NCBI GenBank assembly: GCA_050949045.1
Contig: JBMNEZ010000001.1
Coordinates: 1,216,001-1,280,000 of the forward strand
From: Candidatus Izemoplasmatales bacterium
Lineage (GTDB): Bacteria; Bacillota_I; Bacilli_A; Izemoplasmatales; Hujiaoplasmataceae
Reading direction: 5' to 3'
DNA: 64,000 nucleotides
Shown: positions 9,228 to 19,291 of the stretch, in pieces
Layout of the letters: each line of letters starts with the position of its first letter
Position numbering within the stretch: position 1 is the first letter of the stretch
Notes under the pieces: model-generated
What the model was told of the DNA's origin: nothing
Database searches by the model: none
The model's input: only the letters and a program-made list of their open reading frames with translations
Position numbers and translations under genes: made by a program

Positions 9228-10519
9228 TTGCCAAATACTCTATCGTAAATGAGAGCAACATTTTTTTGGTAAAACCCGAGTTCAAATAATTCGTTAATTT
9301 CGTGCTTTGTCAGCTTTGAACTGACAAGCGGGTCTTTGAGTAGCGCTTCTTTGAATTGACTGTTCTCATTTTTGGCTTTTTGAGCTAGGGACTGCACAAG
9401 GTCGTATGCTGTTTCACGGGTCAGCCCCTTGTCAATAAGAGTTGTCAAAACTCTTTGGGAAAAAATGATGCCGTTTGTCAGGTTGATGTTTTCCCTCATC
9501 CTTTCCGGAAACACTTCAAGTTGATTCAAAACGTCTTTGTATCGATTCAGCATATAATCGATCAAAATCGTTGCGTCTGGAAAAACAACTCTTTCAACGG
9601 AAGAGTGTGAAATGTCGCGTTCATGCCACAAAACATCGTTTTCCATGACAGGAATAACGTATCCCCGCATGACTCTTGCCAATCCACAGATGTTTTCGCT
9701 TGAGATCGGGTTTTGTTTGTGAGGCATCGCAGAAGATCCCTTTTGTGTCGCAAAAAACTTTTCCCTGACTTCGCCGACTTCGGTGCGCTGCAGATGCCTG
9801 ATCTCGGTTGCGATCTTTTCAAGAGTCGTGGCTATCAGTGCAAGCGTGAAAATGTATTCTGCATAGCGGTCGCGCTGAAGTGTTTGCGTGGAGATGTTTG
9901 GCGCCGACAAACCCAGTTCCTCGAGAATTATTGTTTCGATTTTTGGATCAACAAAAGCATAGTTTCCGACTGCGCCGCTGATTTTCCCAATTTCAACATT
10001 TTTTGAAGCGTTTAGAAATCTGGTTTTGTTGCGATTCATTTCATCATACCAAAGCGCCCATTTGAGTCCAAAAACGGTGATGTCCGCATGAATGCCGTGA
10101 GTTCTGCCGATGATATACGTTTCTTTGTATTCGATCGCCTTTTGGGCGAGAACCGCCAAAAAGGCATTCAAATCATCAAGAATGATTTGGTTCGCTTTTT
10201 TGAAAAGAAGCCCGTTGGCGGTGTCGACAACATCGGTTGAGGTCAAACCGTAATGGATAAATCGCCCTTCGTTCCCAAGGGATTCGGATACCGCTCTTGT
10301 GAAGGCGATCACATCATGTTTGGTCTGTGCTTCGAGTTCGTTAATCCTTGAGAGGGAAAAACTCGCTTTTTCTTTAATCAGCTTTAATTCGGAATCCGAA
10401 ATTATGTTGTGCTTGGCCAATGCCACACAGTTAGCGATTTCAACATCAAGAAAAGCCTGAAACCTGTTCTGGTCTGTCCAAATCTCTTTCATCTCTTTTC
10501 GTGAATAGCGATCAATCAT
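9224..10519 (-). CDS. purB: Adenylosuccinate lyase
   Basis: MIDRYSR, HYGLTSTD, GRTHG, GSSAMPHKQNP, WHERDISHSSVER. Confidence 0.97.
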   Translation of the reverse strand: MIDRYSRKEMKEIWTDQNRFQAFLDVEIANCVALAKHNIISDSELKLIKEKASFSLSRINELEAQTKHDVIAFTRAVSESLGNEGRFIHYGLTSTDVVDTANGLLFKKANQIILDDLNAFLAVLAQKAIEYKETYIIGRTHGIHADITVFGLKWALWYDEMNRNKTRFLNASKNVEIGKISGAVGNYAFVDPKIETIILEELGLSAPNISTQTLQRDRYAEYIFTLALIATTLEKIATEIRHLQRTEVGEVREKFFATQKGSSAMPHKQNPISSENICGLARVMRGYVIPVMENDVLWHERDISHSSVERVVFPDATILIDYMLNRYKDVLNQLEVFPERMRENINLTNGIIFSQRVLTTLIDKGLTRETAYDLVQSLAQKAKNENSQFKEALLKDPLVSSKLTKHEINELFELGFYQKNVALIYDRVFGK

Positions 10520-11373
10520 AGTTTATTCTCCATACTATTGAGATAACATAACAGCGTGTTCTCAAGCAGACATGCGATCGTCATTGGACCGACGCCTCCA
10601 GGAACGGGGGTTATGTGTCCCGCTACCATCGCCGCCTTTTCAAAGTCAACGTCCCCTTGAAGTTTGCCGTCGATTCGGGAAATGCCGACGTCGATAACAG
10701 TGGCGCCCGGTTTTATGTATGAATCATCGACCATTTTGGGTTTTCCGATGGCAACCACCAAAATATCGGCGGTGCGCGCAATCTCGGAAAGGTTAGCTGT
10801 CTTGCTGTGGCAAATTGTCACTGTACCGTTCGCTGCCAACAAAAGTGATACCATTGGTTTCCCGACGATTTGACTCCGCCCGATAACGACACAATTTTTT
10901 CCTTGAATGGGGATTCCATACTTATCCAATAACCGCATGACTCCGAGCGGTGTGCAAGGAACGAGATGAGGTTTTCCAATTGTCAGTTTTGCAACGTTGT
11001 TTGGTGTAAATCCATCAACGTCTTTGCTCGGAAAAATGCGAGCGATGATTTTGTCCTGATCCAAATGTTTGGGAATTGGAAGTTGCAATAATATCCCGTG
11101 GACATTCTTATCGGCATTCAGTTTGTCTATTAAGTCAATGATCTCCTCGTTTGAAACATTCTCATCCTTGCGGATGACGGTGCTTTTGATGTCCGCTTTT
11201 AGACAGGCTTTTTCTTTGCTTGAGACATATGTTTCGCTGGCGGGATCGTTGCCGATCAAGATAACGACCAAATGAGGGAGAACGCCGTTGATTTTGTAAA
11301 GTTGATCAACTTTGTTTTTAACTTTATTCCTGATTTCTTGCCCCAAGGCTTTTCCATCTAAGATTGCGACCAT
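10516..11373 (-). CDS. folD: Methylenetetrahydrofolate dehydrogenase/cyclohydrolase
   Basis: ILDGK, GILLQLPIP, KDVDGF, PCTPLG, GRSQIVGKP, TPVPGGVGPMT; start trimmed to MVAILDGK. Confidence 0.96.
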   Translation of the reverse strand: MVAILDGKALGQEIRNKVKNKVDQLYKINGVLPHLVVILIGNDPASETYVSSKEKACLKADIKSTVIRKDENVSNEEIIDLIDKLNADKNVHGILLQLPIPKHLDQDKIIARIFPSKDVDGFTPNNVAKLTIGKPHLVPCTPLGVMRLLDKYGIPIQGKNCVVIGRSQIVGKPMVSLLLAANGTVTICHSKTANLSEIARTADILVVAIGKPKMVDDSYIKPGATVIDVGISRIDGKLQGDVDFEKAAMVAGHITPVPGGVGPMTIACLLENTLLCYLNSMENKL

Positions 11374-11374
11374 A

Positions 11375-11896
11375 TCATTCACCCGTCTTGGAGTATATGT
11401 ATTGATCGAGGATCTCGCCATAATAGACGGTGTGGTTCGTTTTTGTAACCGAATAATAGCGATTTTTGATTCCCTGAGGTATTTTGCTTTGATCAAGCGT
11501 TTGTTTATAGATAACCTTGCATTCAAAATGAAGATCGGCTTCGCCGATAATCGGCGTCCTTATCTTTCGCCCTTTGACCGGGGTAAGGCCCAATTCTTTG
11601 AATTTGTCGTGTTCCCGCATCGATTTGAATCCGCAGAACTGAATTTCTTTGTTCATATCACTATACAAGGGGATACTAACGGTGAACTCGCCTGCCTTCT
11701 CAATTAAGTCATGGGTTGCGCGACAATCTCTGACTAAAACCAAAAACAACGGCTTGCCCCAAATAACCATGATTCCGCCCCAACCGATAACCATCGTGTT
11801 GAGTTTGCCTTGATAGCAGGTGTTTAAAAATAATCCCGGTGCTGTTTTTTCAAGAACCGCTCCTGCATAGTCGAAGACACCGATTTCCTTGTACAT
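11375..11896 (-). CDS. Flavin reductase-like FMN-binding protein
   Basis: NTMVIGWG, WGKP, EFTVSIP, CGFKS.R..DKF, ECKVIY, HTVYYGEI. Confidence 0.8.
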   Translation of the reverse strand: MYKEIGVFDYAGAVLEKTAPGLFLNTCYQGKLNTMVIGWGGIMVIWGKPLFLVLVRDCRATHDLIEKAGEFTVSIPLYSDMNKEIQFCGFKSMREHDKFKELGLTPVKGRKIRTPIIGEADLHFECKVIYKQTLDQSKIPQGIKNRYYSVTKTNHTVYYGEILDQYIYSKTGE

Positions 11897-12059
11897 AGTA
11901 TTCTCCTTCTTTCATTATCAATTATATTATAGTCCATATCGCCGAAAAAGAAAATCAAGAAACGGAAAGTGTACCGAGTATAAATATTTATGCTTAATGG
12001 CGATATCGATGCAAATATGTGATAAAATGATATAAATCACAAAAACGAGGTGTTGAATC

Positions 12060-12905
12060 ATGGATATTGGAATTATTGGGCTCGGATTGATGGGCGGCTC
12101 CATAGCATATGCGCTCAAAGAAAAACACCGGATTTTTGCATATGACACCAATAATGACAGCCTTGATTATGCTCTTTCAAGCGGCGTGATCGACCAAATA
12201 TGTTTTTCCTTGCCTGTTTTGTTTAAAAAAGCCAATGTCTTTTTTGTTTGCTTGTATCCCTCCGCCGTCATTCAATTTTATCGGGACTACTGTCATCAAT
12301 TTCCCAAAGGTTCTTTATTGATTGACATCTCCGGAGTAAAAAAATCGTTGATCGAAGAGTTGACATCAATCATTGATGATCGTGTTGATTTCGTCTTTAC
12401 ACACCCGCTGGCGGGAAGCGAGAAAAGCGGAGTGGAGAACGCTTCTGCAAATCTGTTTCGTAACCAAAACCTGATCATCACCCCGACGGAGAAAAACAAA
12501 AAGCACAATCTTGAGTTGGTGGCCAGTCTTGGAGAAGAAGTAGGCTTCGACAAAATAACGTTCCTGTCCGCAGAAGAACATGACGAATTGATTGCTTTTA
12601 CTTCTCAACTCACTCACGTTGTTTCCTTAGCTTTGATGGATTGTGCTCCGAAAAAAAATGATATCGTTTCATACATCGGTGATTCGTTTCGTGAATTGAC
12701 GCGAATCGCGATGATCAATGAGGCTTTATGGGTTGATCTGTTCATTAGAAACGCCAAATTTCTCAATGAAAAAATAGATGATTTTATCAATTCTCTAAAC
12801 AAGTACAAACTTGCCATCGACAGTCGCGATGAAACGGCATTGAAAGAAATGATGCGTTCCGCAAAAACTGCTCGCATAGCTATTGAGCGGGGTTTAAAAG
12901 AATGA
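12060..12905 (+). CDS. tyrA: Prephenate dehydrogenase
   Basis: IGLGLMGGS, DISGVK, HPLAGSEKSG, HDELIAFTSQLTH, SFRELTRIA. Confidence 0.93.
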   Translation: MDIGIIGLGLMGGSIAYALKEKHRIFAYDTNNDSLDYALSSGVIDQICFSLPVLFKKANVFFVCLYPSAVIQFYRDYCHQFPKGSLLIDISGVKKSLIEELTSIIDDRVDFVFTHPLAGSEKSGVENASANLFRNQNLIITPTEKNKKHNLELVASLGEEVGFDKITFLSAEEHDELIAFTSQLTHVVSLALMDCAPKKNDIVSYIGDSFRELTRIAMINEALWVDLFIRNAKFLNEKIDDFINSLNKYKLAIDSRDETALKEMMRSAKTARIAIERGLKE

Positions 12906-14167
12906 AGGCGATTATTCATCCTCGTCCTTTAAGTGGATCAATAACCATTCCCTCGTCCAAAAGCCAAACGCATAGAGCTATCATTGCGGCTTCTTTAGCC
13001 AAAGGCAAAAGTGTGATATCCAACATTAATTACAGCGATGATGTATTGGCAACTATCGGCACAATGAAAAAAATCGGCGCGAAATTTATCAAAAATCCCG
13101 GACAATTGATTATTAGCGGCTCCGGTCGCATCGTAATCAACGATGATAATTTCGTTGAATGCAACGAATCAGGCTCGACGCTTCGATTCGTGACGCCATT
13201 ATTTGCTTTAAGCAAGCAAAAGGTTGTGTTTACCGGCAAAAAATCCCTGTTTCAAAGACCGCTCGGAGTTTATGAGACCATTTTTAAACAGATGAATTTG
13301 CAATATCAAAAAAACGATGATTCGTTGATCGTCTCCGGCGAATTGTTGCCTGGAAAATATGAAATACCCGGCAACATCAGCAGCCAATTCATCTCCGGGA
13401 TGTTGTTTTCATTGCCACTTCTCAAAGAAGATTCAGAGCTTGTCATTCTCAAACCTTATGAATCCAAAGGCTATGTCGATATGACAATTGATGTCCTTGG
13501 TGCCGCTGGTATTATCATCACTCCGACTAAAGATGGATATTTTATCCAAGGCAATCAAACATACAAACCGATTAATTTGAGAATCGAGGGTGATTATTCC
13601 CAGATGGCGATATACGCAGTCATGGGCGTCCTTGGCAATGATATTTTTTGCCGAAACATGACTTATCCCTCGCTACAACCCGACAGCAAGATTGTTGACT
13701 TTATTAAAAGCGTCGGTGGTGAAGTTGAAATCAAAGATAACGGTATCCAATTTTTTAAATCAAAAACAACCGCCGCCATTTTCGATGTTTCACAATCTCC
13801 CGACATCGCTCCGGCACTGGCAATCCTAGCTGCTTTTTCAAAAGGAAAAAGCAGAATCACGAATGCTTATCGCCTGAAATATAAAGAATCCAATCGCCTG
13901 TTATCAATATATTCGACACTTAAAACGATTGGCGTTGAAGTTGATTTGAGCGAAGACGAGCTTATCATCGAAGGCATCGAAAAATACGCCGGCGCTCAAT
14001 TCGATTCATTCAACGATCACCGAATCGTTATGGCAGCCGCCGCATCTTCTGTTAGAAGCACAAAGCAAATCGTTATAAAAAATGCACAAACAGTAAACAA
14101 ATCTTATCCAGATTTTTTCTCCGATCTTGTGACATTGGGTGCCGTAATCGATTATATTGAGGAATAA
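12902..14167 (+). CDS. aroA: EPSP synthase
   Basis: PSSKSQTHR, ESGSTLRF, SSQFISG, KESNR, DHRIVMA, KSYPDF. Confidence 0.95.
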   Translation: MKAIIHPRPLSGSITIPSSKSQTHRAIIAASLAKGKSVISNINYSDDVLATIGTMKKIGAKFIKNPGQLIISGSGRIVINDDNFVECNESGSTLRFVTPLFALSKQKVVFTGKKSLFQRPLGVYETIFKQMNLQYQKNDDSLIVSGELLPGKYEIPGNISSQFISGMLFSLPLLKEDSELVILKPYESKGYVDMTIDVLGAAGIIITPTKDGYFIQGNQTYKPINLRIEGDYSQMAIYAVMGVLGNDIFCRNMTYPSLQPDSKIVDFIKSVGGEVEIKDNGIQFFKSKTTAAIFDVSQSPDIAPALAILAAFSKGKSRITNAYRLKYKESNRLLSIYSTLKTIGVEVDLSEDELIIEGIEKYAGAQFDSFNDHRIVMAAAASSVRSTKQIVIKNAQTVNKSYPDFFSDLVTLGAVIDYIEE

Positions 14168-14171
14168 GAAA

Positions 14172-15152
14172 ATGAAAGAGATTTCAATCAAAGCCAAGAC
14201 TTCCGTCTATCCGGTTATTATCCATCAAGGACTATTGAACAATATTTTGAATTATCTTGACCGCAACCAAAAATATGTGCTCATCCACGACGATTTGATT
14301 CCAGAAGCTTATGTGAGCAAGGTTGCCTGTGCCTGCGATGATCCTTTGGTTATTGCTTTTCCCGCCGGAGAAAAAAGCAAAACAGTCGAAACCCATCAGG
14401 AAATCGTCCGCAAAATGCTTGCGAATCTAATCAAAAAAGACGCCGTTATCATCGCTCTTGGCGGCGGAGTAACCGGCGATCTCGCCGGCTATGTGGCTTC
14501 GACCTATATGCGCGGAATAGCTTATATCCAAATTCCGACAAGTTTGTTGGCACAAATCGACTCTGCCATCGGTGGAAAGGTAGGCGTTGATTTCGCCGAT
14601 ACCAAAAATGTGCTCGGCTCGATTTATCCTCCAAAAATGGTCCTTGTCGATCCGCTGACTCTTTCCACCCTGCCCAAAAGACATTTTGCGAACGGGATGG
14701 CCGAAATGATCAAATATGGGATGATTGCCGATCGCGAGTTATTTGTCGCTCTTAAAGAAAACAATGTTATGGAGGTGCTTGAGTGGGCGATCCATCGTTC
14801 GATCGAAATCAAAAAATCTTTCGTCGAAAAAGACGAACAAGACGAAGGTGAAAGACGATTGCTCAACTTTGGCCATACATTTGGCCACGCGATCGAAACC
14901 TATTATAATTATGAAAAATACCTTCACGGAGAAGCCGTCGCCATCGGTATGGTCCGAATCATCCAAAACGATCAAATTAGAAAAGAACTGGTATCGGTGT
15001 TGAGAAAATATGATCTTCCCACCGAAGATCCGGTGAGTGTTGACGAATTAAAACCTTATATCTTAAAAGATAAAAAACACCGAGCCGGAAAAAATATTTA
15101 TGTTGATATCGAAGCGATCGGAAAAGCTTTTATCAAATCGCTAGACTTATAA
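14172..15152 (+). CDS. aroB: 3-dehydroquinate synthase
   Basis: GEKSK, GGGVTGDLAG, PTSLLAQIDSAIGGK, LNFGHTFGHAIE, HGEAVAIGM. Confidence 0.95.
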   Translation: MKEISIKAKTSVYPVIIHQGLLNNILNYLDRNQKYVLIHDDLIPEAYVSKVACACDDPLVIAFPAGEKSKTVETHQEIVRKMLANLIKKDAVIIALGGGVTGDLAGYVASTYMRGIAYIQIPTSLLAQIDSAIGGKVGVDFADTKNVLGSIYPPKMVLVDPLTLSTLPKRHFANGMAEMIKYGMIADRELFVALKENNVMEVLEWAIHRSIEIKKSFVEKDEQDEGERRLLNFGHTFGHAIETYYNYEKYLHGEAVAIGMVRIIQNDQIRKELVSVLRKYDLPTEDPVSVDELKPYILKDKKHRAGKNIYVDIEAIGKAFIKSLDL

Positions 15153-15169
15153 AAAAGGTGGTATTAATA

Positions 15170-16267
15170 ATGAATACTATTGGCGAGCGCCTTAAAGCAA
15201 CCGTCTTTGGAGAATCCCACGGAGAGATGATCGGCATCGTGATCGATGGTCTCCCTTCCGGGATAACTCTTGACAAAAATCTAATTAATCAAAGGCTTCA
15301 AGAACGACGCCCCAAGCCGGGGCTTGGAACAACAAGAGTAGAACCTGATGAATACGCTATCTTGTCTGGATATTACAATGAAAAAACCACTGGCGCACCA
15401 TTATTCATCTCAGTCAAAAATCTAGATGTGAATTCATCCGATTATGAACGTCTCCAAAACACGCCAAGGCCATCACATGCCGACTATCCCGCTTTTCTAA
15501 AATATTCAGGAAACAATGATCCCCGCGGAGGCGGTGTTTTTTCCGGCCGTTTAACAGTCGTGCTTGTAATCTTAGGGGCAATTTGCGAGCAACTCCTTAA
15601 AAAAGCAAATATTTCCATATTTTCTCATTTGTTATCAATAAAAAATATAAAAGACACCTCTCTTGATCAGTTGTCTGTAAATGATGAATTTATGAAAACC
15701 GCTGAATTTGGTCGTTTTCCCGTTATCAACAAAGATATCGAGTCAAAATTGGCAGTTCTGATCGAAAATGCAAAAAAAAGCAATGACTCGCTTGGCGGTG
15801 TTATTGAATCAACGGTAATCGGCCTTCCGGTTGGCGTCGGCGAGCCGCTCTTTGGCTCGATTGAAAGTCGTTTGTCACAGCTATTATTTGCGGTCCCCGG
15901 AATTAAGGGTGTTGAGTTTGGATCCGGTTTCAAACTCGCCGAGATGACAGGAAGCGAAGCCAACGACCCCTACCGATATGAGAATGGCCGCATCGTCACC
16001 AAATCCAATCATAACGGCGGTGTCCTTGGGGGAATGTCGACCGGGATGCCGGTTATTCTCAGGGTTGCGGTCAAACCAACCCCTTCCATCGGCGTTACAC
16101 AACAAACCGTTAATCTAAAGACGGGAAAAAATACCACAATCGAAATTGGCGGGCGTCATGATCCCGCAATTGTCTTACGTGCCGTTCCAATAGTGAATGC
16201 TGTTCTTGCGTATGGTGTTTTGGATTTGTTGTTCCAGTATCATGAAAAGGATTGGCTGACTCCATAA
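15170..16267 (+). CDS. aroC: Chorismate synthase
   Basis: FGESHG, RPSHAD, SGRLT, NHNGGVLGG, KPTPSI, GRHDP. Confidence 0.96.
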   Translation: MNTIGERLKATVFGESHGEMIGIVIDGLPSGITLDKNLINQRLQERRPKPGLGTTRVEPDEYAILSGYYNEKTTGAPLFISVKNLDVNSSDYERLQNTPRPSHADYPAFLKYSGNNDPRGGGVFSGRLTVVLVILGAICEQLLKKANISIFSHLLSIKNIKDTSLDQLSVNDEFMKTAEFGRFPVINKDIESKLAVLIENAKKSNDSLGGVIESTVIGLPVGVGEPLFGSIESRLSQLLFAVPGIKGVEFGSGFKLAEMTGSEANDPYRYENGRIVTKSNHNGGVLGGMSTGMPVILRVAVKPTPSIGVTQQTVNLKTGKNTTIEIGGRHDPAIVLRAVPIVNAVLAYGVLDLLFQYHEKDWLTP

Positions 16268-17517
16268 TGTACGGTTTGCTTGGAGAATCCCTGTCTCATA
16301 GTTTTTCTCCTTTAATCCATGCCCTCTTTGGAAACAACTCATATCGCTTGTTTGAAACTAGTGATCTCAAAACGTTTTTCGCCGAACGCAAATTCAAAGG
16401 AATCAATGTCACAATTCCCTATAAAAAGGTCGTCGCTCAATATTTGGATGAAATTGGTCCGATTGCTATGAGAACGGGAAGCATCAATACGATCATCAAT
16501 AGAAACGGCAAACTTATCGGCGAGGATACTGATTATTTCGGATTGCGGTATCTTATCGATTATTATTCCGTTCCCGTCAGCGGCAAGACAATTCTAATCC
16601 TTGGCAATGGCGGTGCGGCCCAAACAGTAGAGTGCCTTATGAAAGACCTTGAGGCGTCGTCTGTTAATAAACTCTCTAGAACTCCCAAAGCAAGCAATGA
16701 TTTCTATTTCACAGATTACCAAAAAGTTTGCGATTGCGATATCATCATCAATACAACACCTGTCGGGATGTTTCCCCACAATGATGATCCGTTATTGATC
16801 AATATTCATAACTTCCCAAGACCAAAAACCTACATTGACCTGATTTACAATCCGCTTCGCACCTCTTTGTTTCTCGAAGCCCAAAACAACGGTATTTCAT
16901 CTTACAACGGCTTTCTGATGCTGGTAGCACAAGCGAAAACTGCTCACGATCTTTTTTTCGACAAGAAAACGCCGATATCAGAAATCTCTCGTGTGTATCA
17001 CGCTTTGACGAGGAAAATGACAAATTTGGTGTTCATCGGAATGCCGCTCAGCGGCAAGTCGTTATATGCCCGCATGCTGAACGGCAAATACCATAAACGT
17101 CTCGTTGACACCGATCAAGAAATCGAAGCCGCGGAAAACATGACGATCACTGAGCTTTTCCGGCAAAAAGGGGAGCGCTACTTCCGCGAACGGGAGTTTG
17201 ATTTCATCAAATCAATTTATAAATCCCACGGGCTTATGATCTCGACCGGCGGCGGAATGATTCAAAATCCAGAATTGATGAATCTGCTCAGGCAAAACGG
17301 ATTGCTGATATTCATCGATCGGGAAAAAGAAGACCTTGCCCAGAAACAGCTCAAAAACCGTCCGCTCATTGCTAGCGTAGAAGATCTGTTTCGTCTGTAT
17401 GAAAAGCGTCATCCCTTATATGAGAAATACGCTGACATTGTTGTCAAAATCCCTCCGGGCGATCAATATCATCATGTTGAAATCGAGGCCAAAATCAATG
17501 AATATTTTAGTCGTTAA
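16267..17517 (+). CDS. Fused shikimate dehydrogenase-shikimate kinase (AroE-AroK)
   Basis: N-half: HSFSP, NVTIPYK, LGNGGAA, NTTPVGM, DLIYNP; C-half: GMPLSGKS P-loop, GERYFRE, STGGG, RPL; TAATG coupling to aroC. Confidence 0.92.
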   Translation: MYGLLGESLSHSFSPLIHALFGNNSYRLFETSDLKTFFAERKFKGINVTIPYKKVVAQYLDEIGPIAMRTGSINTIINRNGKLIGEDTDYFGLRYLIDYYSVPVSGKTILILGNGGAAQTVECLMKDLEASSVNKLSRTPKASNDFYFTDYQKVCDCDIIINTTPVGMFPHNDDPLLINIHNFPRPKTYIDLIYNPLRTSLFLEAQNNGISSYNGFLMLVAQAKTAHDLFFDKKTPISEISRVYHALTRKMTNLVFIGMPLSGKSLYARMLNGKYHKRLVDTDQEIEAAENMTITELFRQKGERYFREREFDFIKSIYKSHGLMISTGGGMIQNPELMNLLRQNGLLIFIDREKEDLAQKQLKNRPLIASVEDLFRLYEKRHPLYEKYADIVVKIPPGDQYHHVEIEAKINEYFSR

Positions 17518-17935
17518 CGGTCCAAACCTCAATTTGCTTGGCACAAGAGAAGTCAACGTCTATGGACACGAAACCTATCAGAATCTAGTGGATATGATCA
17601 ATGATCATGCCACTAAAAACAATTATTATGTGGAAATTTATCAATCGAATCACGAAGGCGGAATCATTGATATTATTCATGAGAATTTTCGCCGTTTTGA
17701 TGGTCTTGTTATCAATCCTGGAGCGTATTCGCATTATTCCTATGCAATCTATGATTGTCTGAAGGCAATCGATATTCCCGCAATCGAAGTCCATATTTCA
17801 AATATCGCAACCCGTGAACCCTTCCGGAAAAAACTAGTCACCAAAGCCGCTTGTCGGGCAATGATCAGCGGCCATGGCTTTAATGGCTATCTTGAAGCTA
17901 TTGATATGCTTATCAAAGGAGAGTGGAATCTATGA
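17498..17935 (+). CDS. aroQ: Type II 3-dehydroquinate dehydratase
   Basis: NGPNLNLLGTRE..YG, QSNHEG, INPGAYSHYS, EVHISN. Confidence 0.96.
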   Translation: MNILVVNGPNLNLLGTREVNVYGHETYQNLVDMINDHATKNNYYVEIYQSNHEGGIIDIIHENFRRFDGLVINPGAYSHYSYAIYDCLKAIDIPAIEVHISNIATREPFRKKLVTKAACRAMISGHGFNGYLEAIDMLIKGEWNL

Positions 17936-18948
17936 TCATTAAATTCAAAGAAAACACTTCTCGTAAGGATATCGAGCCCCTAAGGCAATCGTTGATTGAT
18001 CTTGGTTTTGCCATTCATGAAAGCGTTGGTGACACCATTACAATTTTTGGAATCGTCGGTGATACCAGTGCTTTTGATATCAATCGACTTTATGCCTATG
18101 AATTTGTCGATAGCGTCCTCAGAGTCCAAGAACCTTATAAACGCGTCAACCGCAAGTTCCATCCGGCCGATTCTGTCGTTGATGTCGCCGGTGTCAAAAT
18201 CGGAGGAAAGAACATCGTCATTATTGGCGGCCCCTGCGCAGTTGAATCAGAAGCGCAAATAGACACTATTGCCCCGTTGGTTGTTTCTGCCGGAGCGAAG
18301 ATCCTCCGCGCGGGTGCCTTCAAGCCCAGAACCAGCCCGTATTCGTTTCAGGGTTTGGGGGAAGCGGGTTTAACGATCTTGAAGTCGATTAGCGAGAAAT
18401 ACAAGGTGCCTGTTGTAAGCGAAGTCATGAGCCTTGAAGACCTTCCAGCTTTCATTGGCCGTGTCGGTTTTCTTCAAATCGGCGCGAGAAACATGCAAAA
18501 TTATCCGTTGCTTCGGGAAGTTGGAAAAACAAACATCCCCGTTCTTTTGAAACGGGGTTTGGCAAACACGATCGAAGAATGGTTGATGTCTGCCGAATAT
18601 ATTCTCTCAGAAGGGAATCAAAACGTCATATTGTGCGAACGCGGCATTAGGACTTTCGAACCTTCGACCCGGAATACACTTGATATTAGCGCTATTCCGG
18701 TACTAAAGAAATTAACGCATTTACCGGTGCTGGTTGATCCCTCACATGCTTCCGGAAAATGGGAATACGTCGAATCGTTGTCCAAAGCGGCAATCGCTGC
18801 CGGTTGTGACGGCTTGATTATCGAGGTCCATCACGAGCCCGAAAAAGCTTTTTCTGACGGCCAGCAATCTTTAAAACCCGAACGTTTCCGCAAGTTGATC
18901 GAAAATTGCCGCAAGATCGCGCTTGCGGTTGATAGAACGCTTGATTGA
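17932..18948 (+). CDS. aroF: DAHP synthase, type I-beta, with N-terminal regulatory domain
   Basis: GPCAVES, AFKPRTSPYSFQG, QIGARNMQN, LCERGIRTF, DPSHASG. Confidence 0.95.
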   Translation: MIIKFKENTSRKDIEPLRQSLIDLGFAIHESVGDTITIFGIVGDTSAFDINRLYAYEFVDSVLRVQEPYKRVNRKFHPADSVVDVAGVKIGGKNIVIIGGPCAVESEAQIDTIAPLVVSAGAKILRAGAFKPRTSPYSFQGLGEAGLTILKSISEKYKVPVVSEVMSLEDLPAFIGRVGFLQIGARNMQNYPLLREVGKTNIPVLLKRGLANTIEEWLMSAEYILSEGNQNVILCERGIRTFEPSTRNTLDISAIPVLKKLTHLPVLVDPSHASGKWEYVESLSKAAIAAGCDGLIIEVHHEPEKAFSDGQQSLKPERFRKLIENCRKIALAVDRTLD

Positions 18949-19019
18949 AAATAATCAATTTATTTTAGTGTAATGCTTTTTTGTTTATGGTTGTGATATA
19001 ATGCGTTTTAGAAGGGAAG

Positions 19020-19244
19020 GTGATGTCATTGAAAGGATATGTAAAGTTTATTGATGGTCTGCCTTTGATTTTGAAAGTGATTTTGGCTTTACCGGGACTT
19101 GATGGCATTTTCTACGGCATCTATCGAATTGCCAAAGGTCGAGTAATTATCGGGATTTTGTGGATTATCCTCGGCTTCGCCATTTTGTGGATTATCGATA
19201 TCATCACGATCATTCTCAACGGAAAGGTTACGGTTTTAACTTAA
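19020..19244 (+). CDS. Small membrane protein, TM2-like
   Basis: Hydrophobic 74 aa, GILWII...LWIIDIITI; own extended -10 (18992-19002), RBS and terminator. Confidence 0.7.
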   Translation: MMSLKGYVKFIDGLPLILKVILALPGLDGIFYGIYRIAKGRVIIGILWIILGFAILWIIDIITIILNGKVTVLT

Positions 19245-19257
19245 AATCAAAGAGACC

Positions 19258-19290
19258 AAAAAAGGAATCCCGAGAGATTCCTTTTTCTTT
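19258..19290. terminator. Bidirectional intrinsic terminator
   Basis: AAAAAGGAATC-ccgaga-GATTCCTTTTT between convergent genes. Confidence 0.8.
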
Positions 19291-19291
19291 G

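Noticed and set aside
11374..11526. N-terminal extension of FolD
   Set aside because: Lies inside the upstream flavin-reductase gene; FolD similarity begins at MVAILDGK
12018..12041. TGTGAT...ATCACA inverted repeat upstream of tyrA as a CRP/FNR-type site
   Set aside because: Spacing far longer than CRP/FNR sites and the left arm is the extended -10 element
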